The position numbers were made by a program, and so were the translations under genes. A stretch of DNA of 63,426 nt, the filler included, from Chiloscyllium plagiosum (Eukaryota): assembly GCF_004010195.1 (NCBI RefSeq). It is 3 parts of one record of this genome, joined end to end, with 100 filler letters (N's around TTAATTAATTAA, not from the genome) between each part and the next. Parts side by side here need not be neighbours in the genome. Positions count along the whole stretch, not along the records: positions 30,711 to 56,042 come from NC_057716.1; 2 more parts are not named here. One strand, given 5' to 3'. Below are positions 37,530-50,394 of the stretch, piece after piece. Within the stretch, counting starts at the first letter, position 1, and the number at the start of each line of letters is the position of its first letter. Below the pieces are notes generated by a model. It saw only the letters and a program-made list of their open reading frames with translations. It made no database searches and was not told where the DNA came from.

Positions 37530-38320
37530 AGAGTCATAGAGTCACAGAGATGTACAGCATGGAAACAGACCCTTCAGTCCAACCCATCCATGCCGACCAG
37601 ATATTCCAACCCAATCTAGTCCCACCTGCCAGCACCTGGCCCATATCCCTCCAAACCCTTCCTATTCATATACCCATCCAGATGCCTTTTAAATGCTGTA
37701 ATTGTACCAGCCTCCGCCACTTCCTCTGGCAGCTCATTCCGTACACGTACCACCCTCTGCGTGAAAAAGTTGCCCCTTAGGTGCCTTTCAAATCTTTCAC
37801 CTCTCACCCTAAACCTATGCCCTTTAGTTCTGCAGTCCACCATCCCAGGGAAAAAACTTTACTTACCCTATCTATGCCCCTCATGATTTTATAAACCTCT
37901 ATAAGGTCACCCCTCAGCCTCTGATGCTCCAGGGAAAACAGCCCCANNNNNNNNNNNNNTTTCACCTCTCACCCTAAACCTATGCCCTCTAGTTCTGCAG
38001 TCCACCATCCCAGGGAAAAAACTTTACTTACCCTATCTATGCCCTTCATGATTTTATAAACCTCTATAAGGTCACCCCTCAGCCTCTGACACTCCTGGGA
38101 AACTAGCCCCAGCCTGTTCAGCCTCTCCCTGTAGCTCCAAACCTCCAACCCTGGCAATAGACTTTGTAAATCCTTTCTGAACCCTTTGAAGTTTCACAAC
38201 ATCCTTCCTATAGCAGGGAGAGCAGAATTGAACGCAATATTCCAACAGTGTCTTGACTAATGTCTTGGACAGCTGCAGCATGACCTCCCAACTCCTGTAC
38301 TCAATGCTCTGACCAATAAA
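37530..38320 (-). mobile_element. CR1 3' end
   Basis: LEYCVQFCSP...NELPEEVAEAGT; (GAGTCATA) tail. Confidence 0.88.
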
Positions 38321-39194
38321 GGGCCAACAGTGACCATAAAAGCATTAACAATTGTTGGAAAAACCCATTGGTTGGCCTATGTCCGTTAGGGAAGGAAACT
38401 GCTGTGCGTCATGGGTCGGACCGATATATGAGTCCAGACAAACAGCTTGATTGCGATGGAGTAGAGCTTCCTTGCCAGTGTCTGTACACTCCATCTATCT
38501 TTATTCTCATCTCTTCTTTGTTTTAAAAACGTTTTTTTCCCAACTTATTCAGATGGAACAAGTTTGGACTGGAGCAGAGGTTGGCACAAACTGGAGACCC
38601 CTGGAGTTATCGGGACTGGGGTGGAAGCACTATAAATTGTGTACTTTTAATTTCTTTATTTTTCTATTTTACACTAAAGATTTTGTACTTAACTATCTGT
38701 ATCCAGGTATTTTTGTTCCTATGTTAGTGCAGTAAATGGCAACTTGTAAACTTTAAATTGTACTCATGTGACAATAAATCTAATTCTAATTTTAATTCAA
38801 TGTGGTTGACTCACTGCCAACTGGGGCATTTAGGGTGGGCAGGAAATTTTGGACTAACCCATGAGCCCCTATCCTGTGAATGAATAAAATAATTTCAGAT
38901 TGGGCTGAAGTCATGAGCTCAACCCCGCATTTTCAGAAGGATGCAGGAAATGAGAGGCAACTGAAATAATAGGCAGGAGCATGAGGGACTGGAAACCCCT
39001 GGATTAATTCTCCTAAGAGCAGAGCAGGTTAAAAGAGAGATTGAATTCGGTATTCAAAATCAAGACTAGTTCTGCTGGAGCAAATAAGGAGAAATTATTC
39101 CCAATTCAGACTGTAAGCAGTCCAGAGCTTTAAAGTGATTAACTACACAATGAGAGTTGAGAAATGGAAATTTCATTTGACACAGTGAGTTCCA

Positions 39195-40374
39195 AGAGTC
39201 ATAGGAAACAGACCCTTCGGTCCAACCCGTCCATGCTGACCAGATATCCCGACCTAATCTAGTCCCATTTTCCAGTACCCGGCCCATATCCCTCCAAACC
39301 CTTCCTATTCATATACCCATCCTGATGCTTTTAAATGTTGCAATTGTACCAGCCTCCACTACACCCTCTGGTAGCTCATTCCATACAGGCACCATCTTCT
39401 GTGTGAAAAAGTTACCCATTGGGTCCTTTTTAATTCTTTCCTCTCTCACCTTAAACCTACACCCTCTAGTTTTGGACACACCTACTGTGGGAAAAAGACC
39501 TTGCCTATTTATGCTATCCATGCCCCTCATGATTTTATAAACCTCTATAAGGTCACCCCTCAGCCTCCGACGCTCAGGGAAAACAGCCCCAGCCTGTTCA
39601 GCCTCTCCCTATAGCTCAAACCCTCCAACCCTGGCAACATCCTTGTAAATCTTTTCTGAAACTTTTTAAGTTTCACAGCATCTTTCCTAAAGCAGTGAGA
39701 CCAGAATTGAAGAGGAGAAAGTGAGGACTGCAGATGCTGAAACTCAGAGTCGAGACTGTGTTGCTGGAAAAGTGCAGCAGGTCAGGCAGCATCCGAGGAG
39801 CAGGAGAATCAATGATTCGGGCATAAACCCTTCATGCAGAATGGCTTCTTTCTCCTGCTCCTCAGATGCTGCCTGACCTGCTGTGCTTTTCCAGCACTAC
39901 AGACCAGAATGTAGTATTCCAAAAGTGGCCTAACCAATGTTCTGTACAGTCACAACGTGACCTCCCAACTCCTATACTCAATGTACTGATCAATAAAGGC
40001 AAGCTGAACAGGCTGGGGCTGTTTTCCCTGGCGCGTCAGAGGCTGAGGGGTGACCTTATAGAGGGTTACAAAATTATGTGAGGCATGGATAGGATAAATA
40101 GGCAAAGTCTTTTCCCTGGGGTGGGGGCATCCAGAATTAGAGGGCATAGGTTTAGGGTGAGAGGGGAAAGATATAAAAGAGACCTAAGGGGCAATTTTTT
40201 CACACAGAGGGTGGTACGTTTATGGAATGAGCTGCCAGAGGAAGTGGTGGAGGCTGGTACAATTGCAACATTTAAGAGGCATTTGGATAGGTATATGAAT
40301 AGGAAGGGTTTGGAGGGATATGGGCCGGGTGCTGGCAGGTGGGACTAGATTGGGTTGGGATATCTGGTCGGCAT
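39195..40374. mobile_element. Divergent CR1 3' ends (39195-39980 -, 40003-40374 +); the first carries a fold-back PLE insert (39708-39900) with a 10-bp TSD
   Basis: WNELPE motifs on both strands; agaccagaat at 39698-39707 and 39901-39910. Confidence 0.85.
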
Positions 40375-41111
40375 NNNNNNNNNNNNNNNNNNNNNNNNNN
40401 NNNNNNNNNNNNNNNNNNNNNNNNNNNNNNNNNNNNNNNNNNNNNNNNNNNNNNNNNNNNNNNNNNNNNNNNNNNNNNNNNNNNNNNNNNNNNNNNNNNN
40501 NNNNNNNNNNNNNNNNNNNNNNNNNNNNNNNNNNNNNNNNNNNNNNNNNNNNNNNNNNNNNNNNNNNNNNNNNNNNNNNNNNNNNNNNNNNNNNNNNNNN
40601 NNNNNNNNNNNNNNNNNNNNNNNNNNNNNNNNNNNNNNNNNNNNNNNNNNNNNNNNNNNNNNNNNNNNNNNNNNNNNNNNNNNNNNNNNNNNNNNNNNNN
40701 NNNNNNNNNNNNNNNNNNNNNNNNNNNNNNNNNNNNNNNNNNNNNNNNNNNNNNNNNNNNNNNNNNNNNNNNNNNNNNNNNNNNNNNNNNNNNNNNNNNN
40801 NNNNNNNNNNNNNNNNNNNNNNNNNNNNNNNNNNNNNNNNNNNNNNNNNNNNNNNNNNNNNNNNNNNNNNNNNNNNNNNNNNNNNNNNNNNNNNNNNNNN
40901 NNNNNNNNNNNNNNNNNNNNNNNNNNNNNNCAGCACCGTCCCCATGACCTGTCCTACCTGCCTATCTTCCTTCTCACCTATCTACTCCACCCTCCTCCCT
41001 GGCCTATCACCTCCATCCCCACCCCCATTCACCTATTGTACTCTATGCTACTTTCTCCCCACCTTCACCCCCTTCTCATTTATCTCTTCACTCTGCAGGC
41101 TCTCTGCCTCT

Positions 41112-41147
41112 ATTCCTGATGAAGGGCTTTTGCCCGAAACGTCGATT
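41112..41147 (+). ncRNA. Minimal hammerhead ribozyme motif (family C, intact) within PLE 3' end 40931-41245
   Basis: AUUC-CUGAUGA-A-GGGC-UUUU-GCCC-GAA-ACGU-C-GAUU; predicted cleavage after GUC at 41143. Confidence 0.75.
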
Positions 41148-42183
41148 TTCCTGCTCCTCGGATGCTGCCTGACCTGCTGTGCTTTTCCAGCACCACTCTA
41201 ATCTAGACTCTGGTTTCCAGCATCTGCAGTCCTTGTTTTTACCTGGGAATTTTCCAAAGGCAATTGGAAAAGTAAATGGATCTGCAGGGCAATGGAGCGT
41301 AGGACAAAGTGGATATCTCTTTCAAAGAGCAAGCATAGACATGATGGACCAACGGTCTCTTCCTATGCTGTGTCACTCTATAATTCAGATATAGAGACAG
41401 CAGCTGATACAATGTGCATCAACAGGAACACAGGAACCCATCCAATCAACTGATCAGTGCATTTCTCCCTTCAATTCCAAACATTGTCGCACCACTTCCT
41501 GAACATCAAAATCCTTGTAATTTATAACACATTTCAGTCCCTGCTGTTTTATCAGGAGCAAGTGCCTGTTACCTTATTGATAATACACATACCACCCTTC
41601 GTAATAAAATCTCCAACACACCTCCATCCCTGTTGTGTGATTTGAAATTGACCCTAGTTCCTACTCTGTTATCTATTCCACACTCTCAGTTTATCTTATA
41701 TTATCTGATAAACACACTGCAGTCGCTGATACATTATCAGTAACACACTCTGGGCTCTGTTACTTTTGGCCTGTGATTTAACATGACATTACACTGTCAA
41801 TCAGACTCTTGCCAGATCTGCATACACCCAGTTAAAATCAGAAATCCAGAGGTCATTGTAAATACTCCCTCACTCCTCTCAAGTACGCATCATTGAAATG
41901 CTCACAAATGGTAATGTTTAGAAATCCTTCATAAGAAATTCTCCTATGTTGCAGTATTGTATGGAATACACCTCAAGTATACCTGTAGTAGGAATTTTTT
42001 AACTGTTCACATTCTCTGGCCCTGAAAAAAATAACTTTATAAATTGGAATGAATAGGAGTGAAAGGTAATCAGTTTACTTTACTACAGACCATAAGAATT
42101 CTTCAATACGATTTACTGCTTCTCTTGTTGATAAAGTCAGAAATAACACAACACCAGGTTATAGTCCAACAGGTTTATTTGAA

Positions 42184-42221
42184 ATCACAAGCTTTCGGAG
42201 CGCTGCACCTTCATCAGGTGA
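42184..42221 (-). ncRNA. Minimal hammerhead ribozyme motif (family A)
   Basis: Minus: UCAC-CUGAUGA-A-GGUGC-AGC-GCUCC-GAA-AGCU-U-GUGA; one stem II mismatch. Confidence 0.6.
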
Positions 42222-45200
42222 AGTGGAGGGAAGCACACAGCTATATGAAGGGACTATAACCTGGTGTCTTGTACTTCTGACTTTAACACCGGCACCTCCA
42301 CATCACGGCTCTCCTGTCGATGACATGACTGTTGCTGGGCACCTGGAATCCTAGGAGTTGACACCTGATTCAAATTAAGGTCAAAGGTGAAACCCATGGG
42401 GCAGAGGACGTGAAATATTTCTGGGAAACTTTCAATGAGGTCAATGGTTTTACCTTCACTGCTGACTACACATTTACGATCACTATCTGTTAAACACTCT
42501 CTCCATCATTCATTACCTATCAATTACTCTCATCTCTGTGACCTCACACATGACATACTGCAGTCCCTGGTTCATTAGCTATAACAGTAACCTCTAATTC
42601 TCCTTGAGCTACCTTCTTGAACCACTGCTGTACATTTTGGTATATGTTAGATTTTTTAAAATCCCAAAGAACTGCGGATGCTGTAAATTAGAAACAAAAT
42701 TTCTAATTTTTGCTGGAAAAGCTCAGCCGGTCTGGCAGCATCAGTAGACAGAAAGCAGGGTTAACATCTTGGGCCCATTTCCGAAGAAGGTTCACTGGAT
42801 CCGAAACGTTAACTCTGTTTTCTCTCCACTGATCCTGCCAGTCCCGCTGAGCTTTTCCAGCAATTTCTGATTTTGTATAAAAAGATAGTTATACACCTAT
42901 TTGTGTGGGTAGATGCAACCCGCCTTCCACACGCCGCCCCCCTCCTCCCCGCCAGTGCAATCAAGGAGGGGAATTCAGATAAAAGTGGATTAGTAAATGG
43001 ATCAAGGGTTAGGGGGAGAAGGCAAGAGAATGCGGCTGAGAAACACCGGCCATGATCGAATGGTGGAGCAGACTTGATGGGCTGAATGGCCTAATTCTGC
43101 TCCTACTTCTTATAGTCTCATTGTGCGTTGTACACATTGGTGATGTGGAAAGTTAACTTTGGCAATATCAGCAATTCACTGTCAGGATGTTTATTTTTTC
43201 AACTGCAGACAGATTTGGGTCACAATAAACCGTTCTGAAATTCTCAGCAAATACAGTGAAGGGACAGTTTTTGTAAAGCCGCCAGTGACCATCCAAGTCT
43301 TCAGTGAGTGACAGATTCCTCCTCATTCTATGATCTGGGACTGTAGGACTGTTCAAGCTTCAGTGAAAGTCCCAACGGTGGTGCGTGCCTTTTGGCTTTG
43401 GAGGAGGTGAGCAAATTCTTCACATACTTTAGCACCTGCTGCAGTCTGAAATAACACTGTGTTCCTGTCTCCTGCTGCTGGATTAATAATGAATTTTTGG
43501 GATCGCTGAGAATATTGTCAGCAGTGTAGAACATCTCCAAGCACACAATACAGTATACCTATCAGAGGACCCTGCAGTACAATCTCAGTCACCTGATAAT
43601 ACCTATTGATGCAGCCATCCACCAAGGTCAGTCCACACACACGCACATTTATCTAGACCGACATTTTAATTTTTTCCCTCACAGAGATAACTCTCACCAG
43701 TTTTACAGGAAGATTCTCCAACCCATATTTGATTAACCAGGAACACCTGCATTCCTACCTCATCTCCAGATTGTGATATCTAGTCAGAGTAAAAACACTG
43801 CTTGTGTAATTTTAGACTGGTACAAAGGTGAAATGAGATTAATCTGGTTTGACTGAATGTACATACATACACAAAACGACAACAGAAATTGCCAAAGAAA
43901 CTCAGCAGGATCTGTCATCATCTGTTGGGACAGAAACAGAGTTGACATTTCAGAGTCCAGTGATTGTTCCTCTCTCTACGGATGCTGCCAAAACAGCTGA
44001 GTTTCTCCAGCACTTTCTGCTTTGGTTTCAGATTTCCAGCAACTGCAGCTCTCTGTTTTATTTTACATACATACTCAAATGGCCACAGGAAAGTTTCATT
44101 ACAGACAGCACCTTCCAAACCCACAACCACTTCCATCGAGAAGGACAAGGGCAGCAGGTACATGGGAACACCACCCCCTGCAAGTTCCCCTCCGAGCCCC
44201 TCATCATCCTGACTTGGAAATATATCGCCGTTCCTTCAGTGTCACTGGGTCAGAATCCTGGAATTCCCTCCCTAAGGGCATTGTGTGTCTACCCACAGCA
44301 CATGGACTGCAGCGGTTCAAGAAGGCAGCTCACCCCCACCTTCTTGAGGGGCAACTAGGGATGGGCAATAAATGTTGGCCCAACTAGCAACCCCTAAGTG
44401 CCATAAGTGAATGAAAATGGAAAAATTCAAATTCCTGATTAATTATCAATAACAGACTCTAATTCCTGTTAACATATTTCACTTACAGGTGCTGTTAGAT
44501 GGTCAGTGCTGAGGGAGTGGTTTACTCAGGCAGGAACATGCCTTGTTAGCTGGAGACCTGAAACTGGGGCTTGATACCATGTTATGTGGGGACAAAACCC
44601 ACCCTCTCCCTTTCCCACTTCCTGGAAAACATTTCGTTCTCAATTGGCACCAAAGCAGTTTCACCTGTTTTAGTGAACAACGTCAGTTTATGGGATTGAG
44701 CCAATTTGTATTTTCTACATTATAACAGGGACTACAATTCCTCCAAAGGATCTGCAGTATCCTGGGCTGTTGGAAGGTGTTTGGGAGAACCATAAGGCTT
44801 GGTGAGACTAAACTGCAGGACTCCATAACTGTCAGCTGTTAATGAGATCCTCTCTGGACTCGGGGATATATGGGGTGACATGTCCCCAGAGGACCCGGTA
44901 CATTTAGCAAGGACACCTGATCCTCCTGATTTTCCTGATCTTCCTGACATTCCTGGTCTTCCTGACCTTCCTGGTCTTCCTGACAGATAATGACTAGCAG
45001 TCACTGCATGGATGCTGCAGGCTGGACATCAAAATGTGAATTGCAACTGTGCTCATTCCCTCCCTCACTCACTCAATCTCTCCATCTCACTCTTTCTTTG
45101 CTCATTCTCACCCAGTCTCTCCCTTTCATTCACTCACTCTCTTCCTTTCAATTTGTCTCACTCTGAGTCACTCCCCCATTTGCTGATTACCAATCTCTAA

Positions 45201-45625
45201 CTCACTCTTACTTTCACTCTCTGTCTCACTCATTCTCACTGATTTGGTCACACAATCACCGGCGCTGTCTTTCTCTCATGTGCACTCATACACTCACTTT
45301 CACTCTTTCACTCTGTCTCTCCATCTCACGCTTGTTCACTCTCTCTTTCCCGCACACTGTTTCTCATTCATTGTCTTGCATTCAGTCTCTCCAAAAAGCT
45401 TTCGCTCACTCTCTGTATCTCTCCCACTCACTGTATCTCTCTCTCCCACTCTCTCTCTCATCCTCTATCTCTCACATTTGCCGTGTCTCACTCTCTGTAT
45501 CCCTCTCACACTCTATCTGCATCTCAGTCTCACTCTGTATCTCACACCCTGTCAGTATCTCTCTCACACTCTATCTGTAATCATGCCCCCCCCCCCCCCA
45601 ATCCCCACTCCACCCACCCTCTTAC

Positions 45626-45925
45626 CTGCCTCCTGCAGTAGCACACCCTCAGGGCTGGGAAGCAGGACAGTAGGTACTTGCTCCAGCTGACCAGGGAAGC
45701 CAGGCACCAGCTCATTCCGGGCAGAAATCCTCCCTCTCCCAGATGTGAAGGAGCTGGGGTGGGAGGGAGCAGGGGCTGCCTCGTTGCCCCCCTCAGGGAC
45801 AGGCGCAGGGTGATATCAGGAGCTCTCCCCAGGGGTAAGGGACCTGCTCCCGGTCTGGGGCTGTCTGTCAGTGAGTCCCTGCAGCTGAGTCCAGTCCCTG
45901 CAGCATTTGCCAGCACTGAATCCCA
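45626..45925 (-). CDS. Candidate internal exon (300 nt, phase 0-0), product unknown
   Basis: Acceptor gtctctctcctccag, donor CAG|GTAAGA. Only one frame is open (WDSVLANAAG...LLSCFPALRVCYCRRQ). GC-rich unique DNA; no domain recognised. Confidence 0.35.
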
Positions 45926-46929
45926 CTGGAGGAGAGAGACAGCAGCTTCTCTCCTTTGCCTCAGTTCAGACTCTGTGACACACTCAGTTATCGATTAAAA
46001 CTGAGCCACAAATCACCCGGCAATCCGTTATCTTTATTCCAGACTGAGAAAGGATCAGCTTTGAACTTAGTGGATATTCATCAGGAATGGGGTTTTACAC
46101 ACACAGGCACAGGTACACAGTCACACGCACACACAGACACACACGCGCACACACAGACACACACACAGACACACACACAGACACACTCACAGGGAGGAAG
46201 GGGCTTGGGGTACCTGTCTCTGCCCCCAAGGTTACTGGCAGGCACCAGTTGATAAACAACAAACTGCTCTCAAGGCAACAATTACCCTCAGTACCTCAGG
46301 ACTCAAAAGTGGGGGGGAGCTGGAGTGGGTCAGAATTCCAGCTCCAGGTCACTGTCCACTGTCCCCCAGTAGTGGGGAGGGGGATGTCAGTAAGTGATTA
46401 CTTGTCACTATGTGAATAGGTGTTTAACCCTGTCAATGTACAACTTTACCAAGTAGGAGGCCATTCAGCCCCTCAAGCTTGCTCCACTATTCAACAAGAT
46501 AATGGCGGAACTGATTTGCAGGCTCACCTCCACCTTCTTGCGTGGCCCTCCCTTGGTCAGGAATCTGCCAGCGTTCTGTACAATTGAAGTGATATCTCCC
46601 TGCTGCTATGTTCCTTTCTCCTTGCAACAAACCTGACCATTATCTCGTCTGGGGTCAAGATGTGACTCCAGCCCAACATCAATCTGGCCTACCCATAATT
46701 GTCCCAACAAGTGCTGAACAAGCCCCCCCCACAAGACATAAAACCACTTCAAAATAAGTCCAAGAGTCAGCAAGGCAGGTCACCACTCCCCTCTCTCAAA
46801 GACGGACAGGTGGATGAGCCCTGGCAGTGACTGGGTGAAAGTGAGGATGCAGAGGCTGGAGATCAGAGTCAAGATCAGAGAGGTGCTGGAAAAGCACAGC
46901 AGGTCAGGCAGCATCCGAGGAGCAGGAAA

Positions 46930-46962
46930 ATCGACGTTTCGGGCAAAAGGCCTTCATCAGGA
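46930..46962 (-). ncRNA. Minimal hammerhead ribozyme motif (family C)
   Basis: Minus: CUGAUGA-A-GGCC-UUUU-GCCC-GAAACGUC; one stem II mismatch. Confidence 0.55.
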
Positions 46963-47399
46963 AGTGAATGCCATCTCTCCAGGATATATTTTAAATTAAA
47001 ACTCAACCCAATCCTTGGTGAACAGATTCCTCCCCCCACATCTTTCCTACAGAATCAATGATAATTGTTGACTGTCTTTGAACAATAATCCCCACACACA
47101 CCCTCTCCCCCCACCACATGCAGCTTTGATGTCTGAAGGGCCTTGATGTCTGAAGGGTTTGGAAGCTGATGCCTGAGGAGGGGTTGATTTGGAAAGGTAC
47201 GTGATAATTTTCGGCCCATGATGTGGTGGACTGGGGTGGACAAAGTCAGAAGTCACACAACATCAAGTTATAGTCCAACAGGTTTATTTGAAATCTTAAA
47301 TTGGTGAGGGAGCTACACTCTGAAAGCTCATGATTTCAAATAAACCTGTTGGACTGTAATCTGGTTTCATATGATTTTGTACCCAAATCCCCACGGTAA

Positions 47400-48025
47400 C
47401 CCAATCACCTAGACCAGTAACCTAGCAAGAGTAGGTCAGAGGCTGGGAATACTGCGGAGAGTAACTCACCTCCTGACTCCCCAAAGCCTGTCCACCATCT
47501 ACAAGACACAAGTCCGGAGTGTGATGGAATATTCCCCACTTGCTCTGGATGGGGGCAGCTCCAACAACACTCAAGAAGCTCAATACCATCCAGGACAAAG
47601 CAGCCGCTTGATTGGGACCACATCCACAAACACCCATTCCCATCAGCACCGACACTCAGTAGCAGCAGTGTGTACCATCTACAAGATGCTCTGCAGAAAC
47701 TCACCAAAGACCCTCAGACAGCACCTTCCAAACCCACAACCACTTCCATCTAGAAGGACAAGGGCAGCAGATACATGGGAACACCACCCCCTGCAAGTTC
47801 CCCTCCAAGCCCCTCACCATCCTGACTTGGAAATATATCGCCGTTCCTTCAGTGTCACTGGGTCAGAATCCTGGAATTCCCTCCCTAAGGGCATTGTGGG
47901 TCTACCCACAGCACATGGACTGCAGCGGTTCAAGAAGGCAGCTCACCCCCACCTTCTCAAGGGGCAACTGGGGATGGGGCAATAAATGCTGGCCCAAGCA
48001 GTGATATCCACATCCCAGAAATGAA
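47400..48025 (+). mobile_element. L2/CR1-group LINE 3' end
   Basis: ORF 47521-47985 MEYSPLA...SWNSLPKGIVG...LQRFKKAAH; tail gggcaataaatgctggcc. Confidence 0.8.
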
Positions 48026-48216
48026 AACATTTTTTAAAAATGCTGAGAAGATGGCACTCCTCATGGGAGAGTGCAGGACCAGTGGGCATAAAGAGGCAAC
48101 AATCAACGACTGAGGCAAGAAGGAATTTCTTCTTCCAGAGGTTTGAAAGACGATGGAACCCCTTGCCACAGGCAGCTGTGGGGGCACAGTCCTTGTGTAT
48201 GTTTAAGGCTAAGGTA

Positions 48217-48584
48217 TGCAGTGATGGGAACGGGCAGCTGGACCTCATAGAATCTGAGTTCCCTGATTGGGCTTGTTAATCTAGTCCAATCAGGGAGCCC
48301 TGGCTGACAGACAGAAACAGGAAGGTTCCCTCCAACTCTATTTTGATTTAGTCCCTACCCTCCCCCTCACTGTTTTGATCACACAGCACTGCCCTTTGAT
48401 GTGAAGGGCAGTGTTTGTCACTGGCCATTCGGGTGTTTGCCTATTGTGAGAGAAAAAAAAAGAAACAGGAAGGTCAGAAGTTCTCTTCACTCTGAGAGCT
48501 GGCTCTGAAGAGGCAATACTCGAGTCAAGGACTCAAGTGATAGGTGACCTGGTGATGGGATACTGGCGCTGTGGTGTTACTTCA
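48217..48584 (+). mobile_element. Probable solo LTR carrying a 134-bp retroposed insert (48327-48460)
   Basis: TG...CA termini within a CR1 relic; related reverse fragment at about 59640-59705; insert bounded by the 14-bp TSD agaaacaggaaggt. Confidence 0.5.
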
Positions 48585-50394
48585 AGACAGGTAGATTCTT
48601 AATCACTGTGCAAATGACGGGCTACAGGTGAAGGGCAGGAAAATGGACAGGAAGAATGTCATATCAGCCATGATCCCATTGCATGGCAAAAAGCATTAAC
48701 AGCATAGTCGTGTTCCTTTTTTTAATGGTTTTACACCTCAATAAACGCCCTGGGCAGTTTTGCACAATCTTTTCTTCTTTTTTATATCATCCATGTCTGA
48801 TTTGACAAATTCCCACAGAAATTCAATCCCAAATTCTCTATTACTACTCTGCTCCGTCACCAGCACAACTCTCATTGGAAAGAACTCAGTGTGCTCTTGA
48901 GAAGTTTAAATACATAGTTCAGGTCACAATTGTCAGGTTCCAAACTGTGGGCTCTTTACTGCTTAATCTCCTGAAAGGAAATTGGAATATTGCTTGCAAT
49001 TCTGGTCTCCCTCCTATAGGAAGGATGTAGCAAAACTTGAAAGGGCTCAGAAAAGATTTACAAGGATGTGGCCAGGGTTGGAGGGTTTGAGCTATAGGAA
49101 GAGGCTGAACAGGCTGGGGTTGTTTTCCCAGGAGTGTCGGATGCTGAGGGGTGACCTGAAAGAGGTTTATCTATTGCCGTTCCTTCAGTGTCGCTGGGAC
49201 AAAATCCTGGATTTCCCTCCTTAAGGACATTGTGGGTCTACCTACAGCACATGGACTGCAGCGTTCAACAGAGCAGTTCACCCCCACCTTCTCAATGTGG
49301 TCCTCTAACGATGCAGTCCTCCCTTCACAGCTGATCAACAAAAGTTTTGACATCTTTCAAATCCCCCTCCCCTCCCAAAACTTCTCCATCTCTCTCTCTC
49401 TCTCTCTTTCTCCCTTCAATATCTGTTGTTTCTCTTGCCTGTCACTGATCCAGGGATGCCATGGTAAAGTTCCTGTGTTGAACATGTGAAGGAAGACTCA
49501 GGATTGTGGTGGACAGGAGCTCCCTCAGAGTGTGGACACGGATACAGGAGGTGAAGATAAAATCAAAGCTAAACCTATCAATGTGAAAGCAGTTCCCGTC
49601 CACAGACTTCACACCACAAATGGGTTAATAGATATCCCTTTCTTATTTCACTCTCACTTTCTGTTGGTGTCAATGCCTGTCCTTGTTCCCAGCCATTTTG
49701 ATAGTCTGCCTTTTTCTGTGCTCAGGGGATCCTGGAGCACTGGGGAACGAGTAACTGATTATCAAGCAGAATACTTTGTCCTTTCTCAATGATCCACAGC
49801 CCGGTTTGATTAATCACCGTCACTCTTTACAGAGAAAATATTTTTGCTGCGCATTTCTGAACATCAAGAGGATGCCAAGTCAATTTGCTTCACAAATAAA
49901 TCACTCATGAAAAAAAGTCAAATCAGGAGAACCTAGGATTCGGAATCAGCCCGAATTAATTAATGCTGACGAGGGAAATCCAAAGGGACAGGAATATTAA
50001 ATGAAAGCTAGGGACAGCACAGTGAGATCACACTGTGCCTTACACTGACTGACAGACACATCTCCTGGGAAATCAGAAGTGCCACTTTCAGACTAGATGT
50101 CACCAAATCTATTTAGGGGGCAATTAGGTAATTAAACTGTGAAACATCACAGCTTGCAGGTTGGCCAAACATGCCGTATTTAATTTGAGCAAAGTCATAT
50201 GTATGAAGGAGAAAGCTGGAATTCACCCCTCATCATTCCAACAGACAACAGTCAGAATCAACAGAAATTTCTCTCACCAAACTAAACAAGGCAGGCTTAA
50301 TTTGCGAAAGGAATTCCTTCACTGATCGTAGGTGTGGCTGGCTGAGCCAGCATTTATTACCCATCACTAATTGTCCCTTCAGAAGATGGTGAAC

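Noticed and set aside
37790..38110. Tandem duplication of a CR1 segment around a 14-N gap
   Set aside because: Near-identical sequence on both sides of a tiny gap; most likely an unmerged contig overlap or haplotig.
43209..43311. Possible plus-strand terminal exon QIWVTINRSEILSKYSEGTVFVKPPVTIQVFSE*
   Set aside because: The acceptor is plausible, but the ORF is short, no partner exons were found and no homology is recognisable.
44732..45004. Collagen-like GRPGRSGRPGMS ORF
   Set aside because: Only about 7 triplets from a 9-bp repeat, no ATG start and no collagen-type exon structure.
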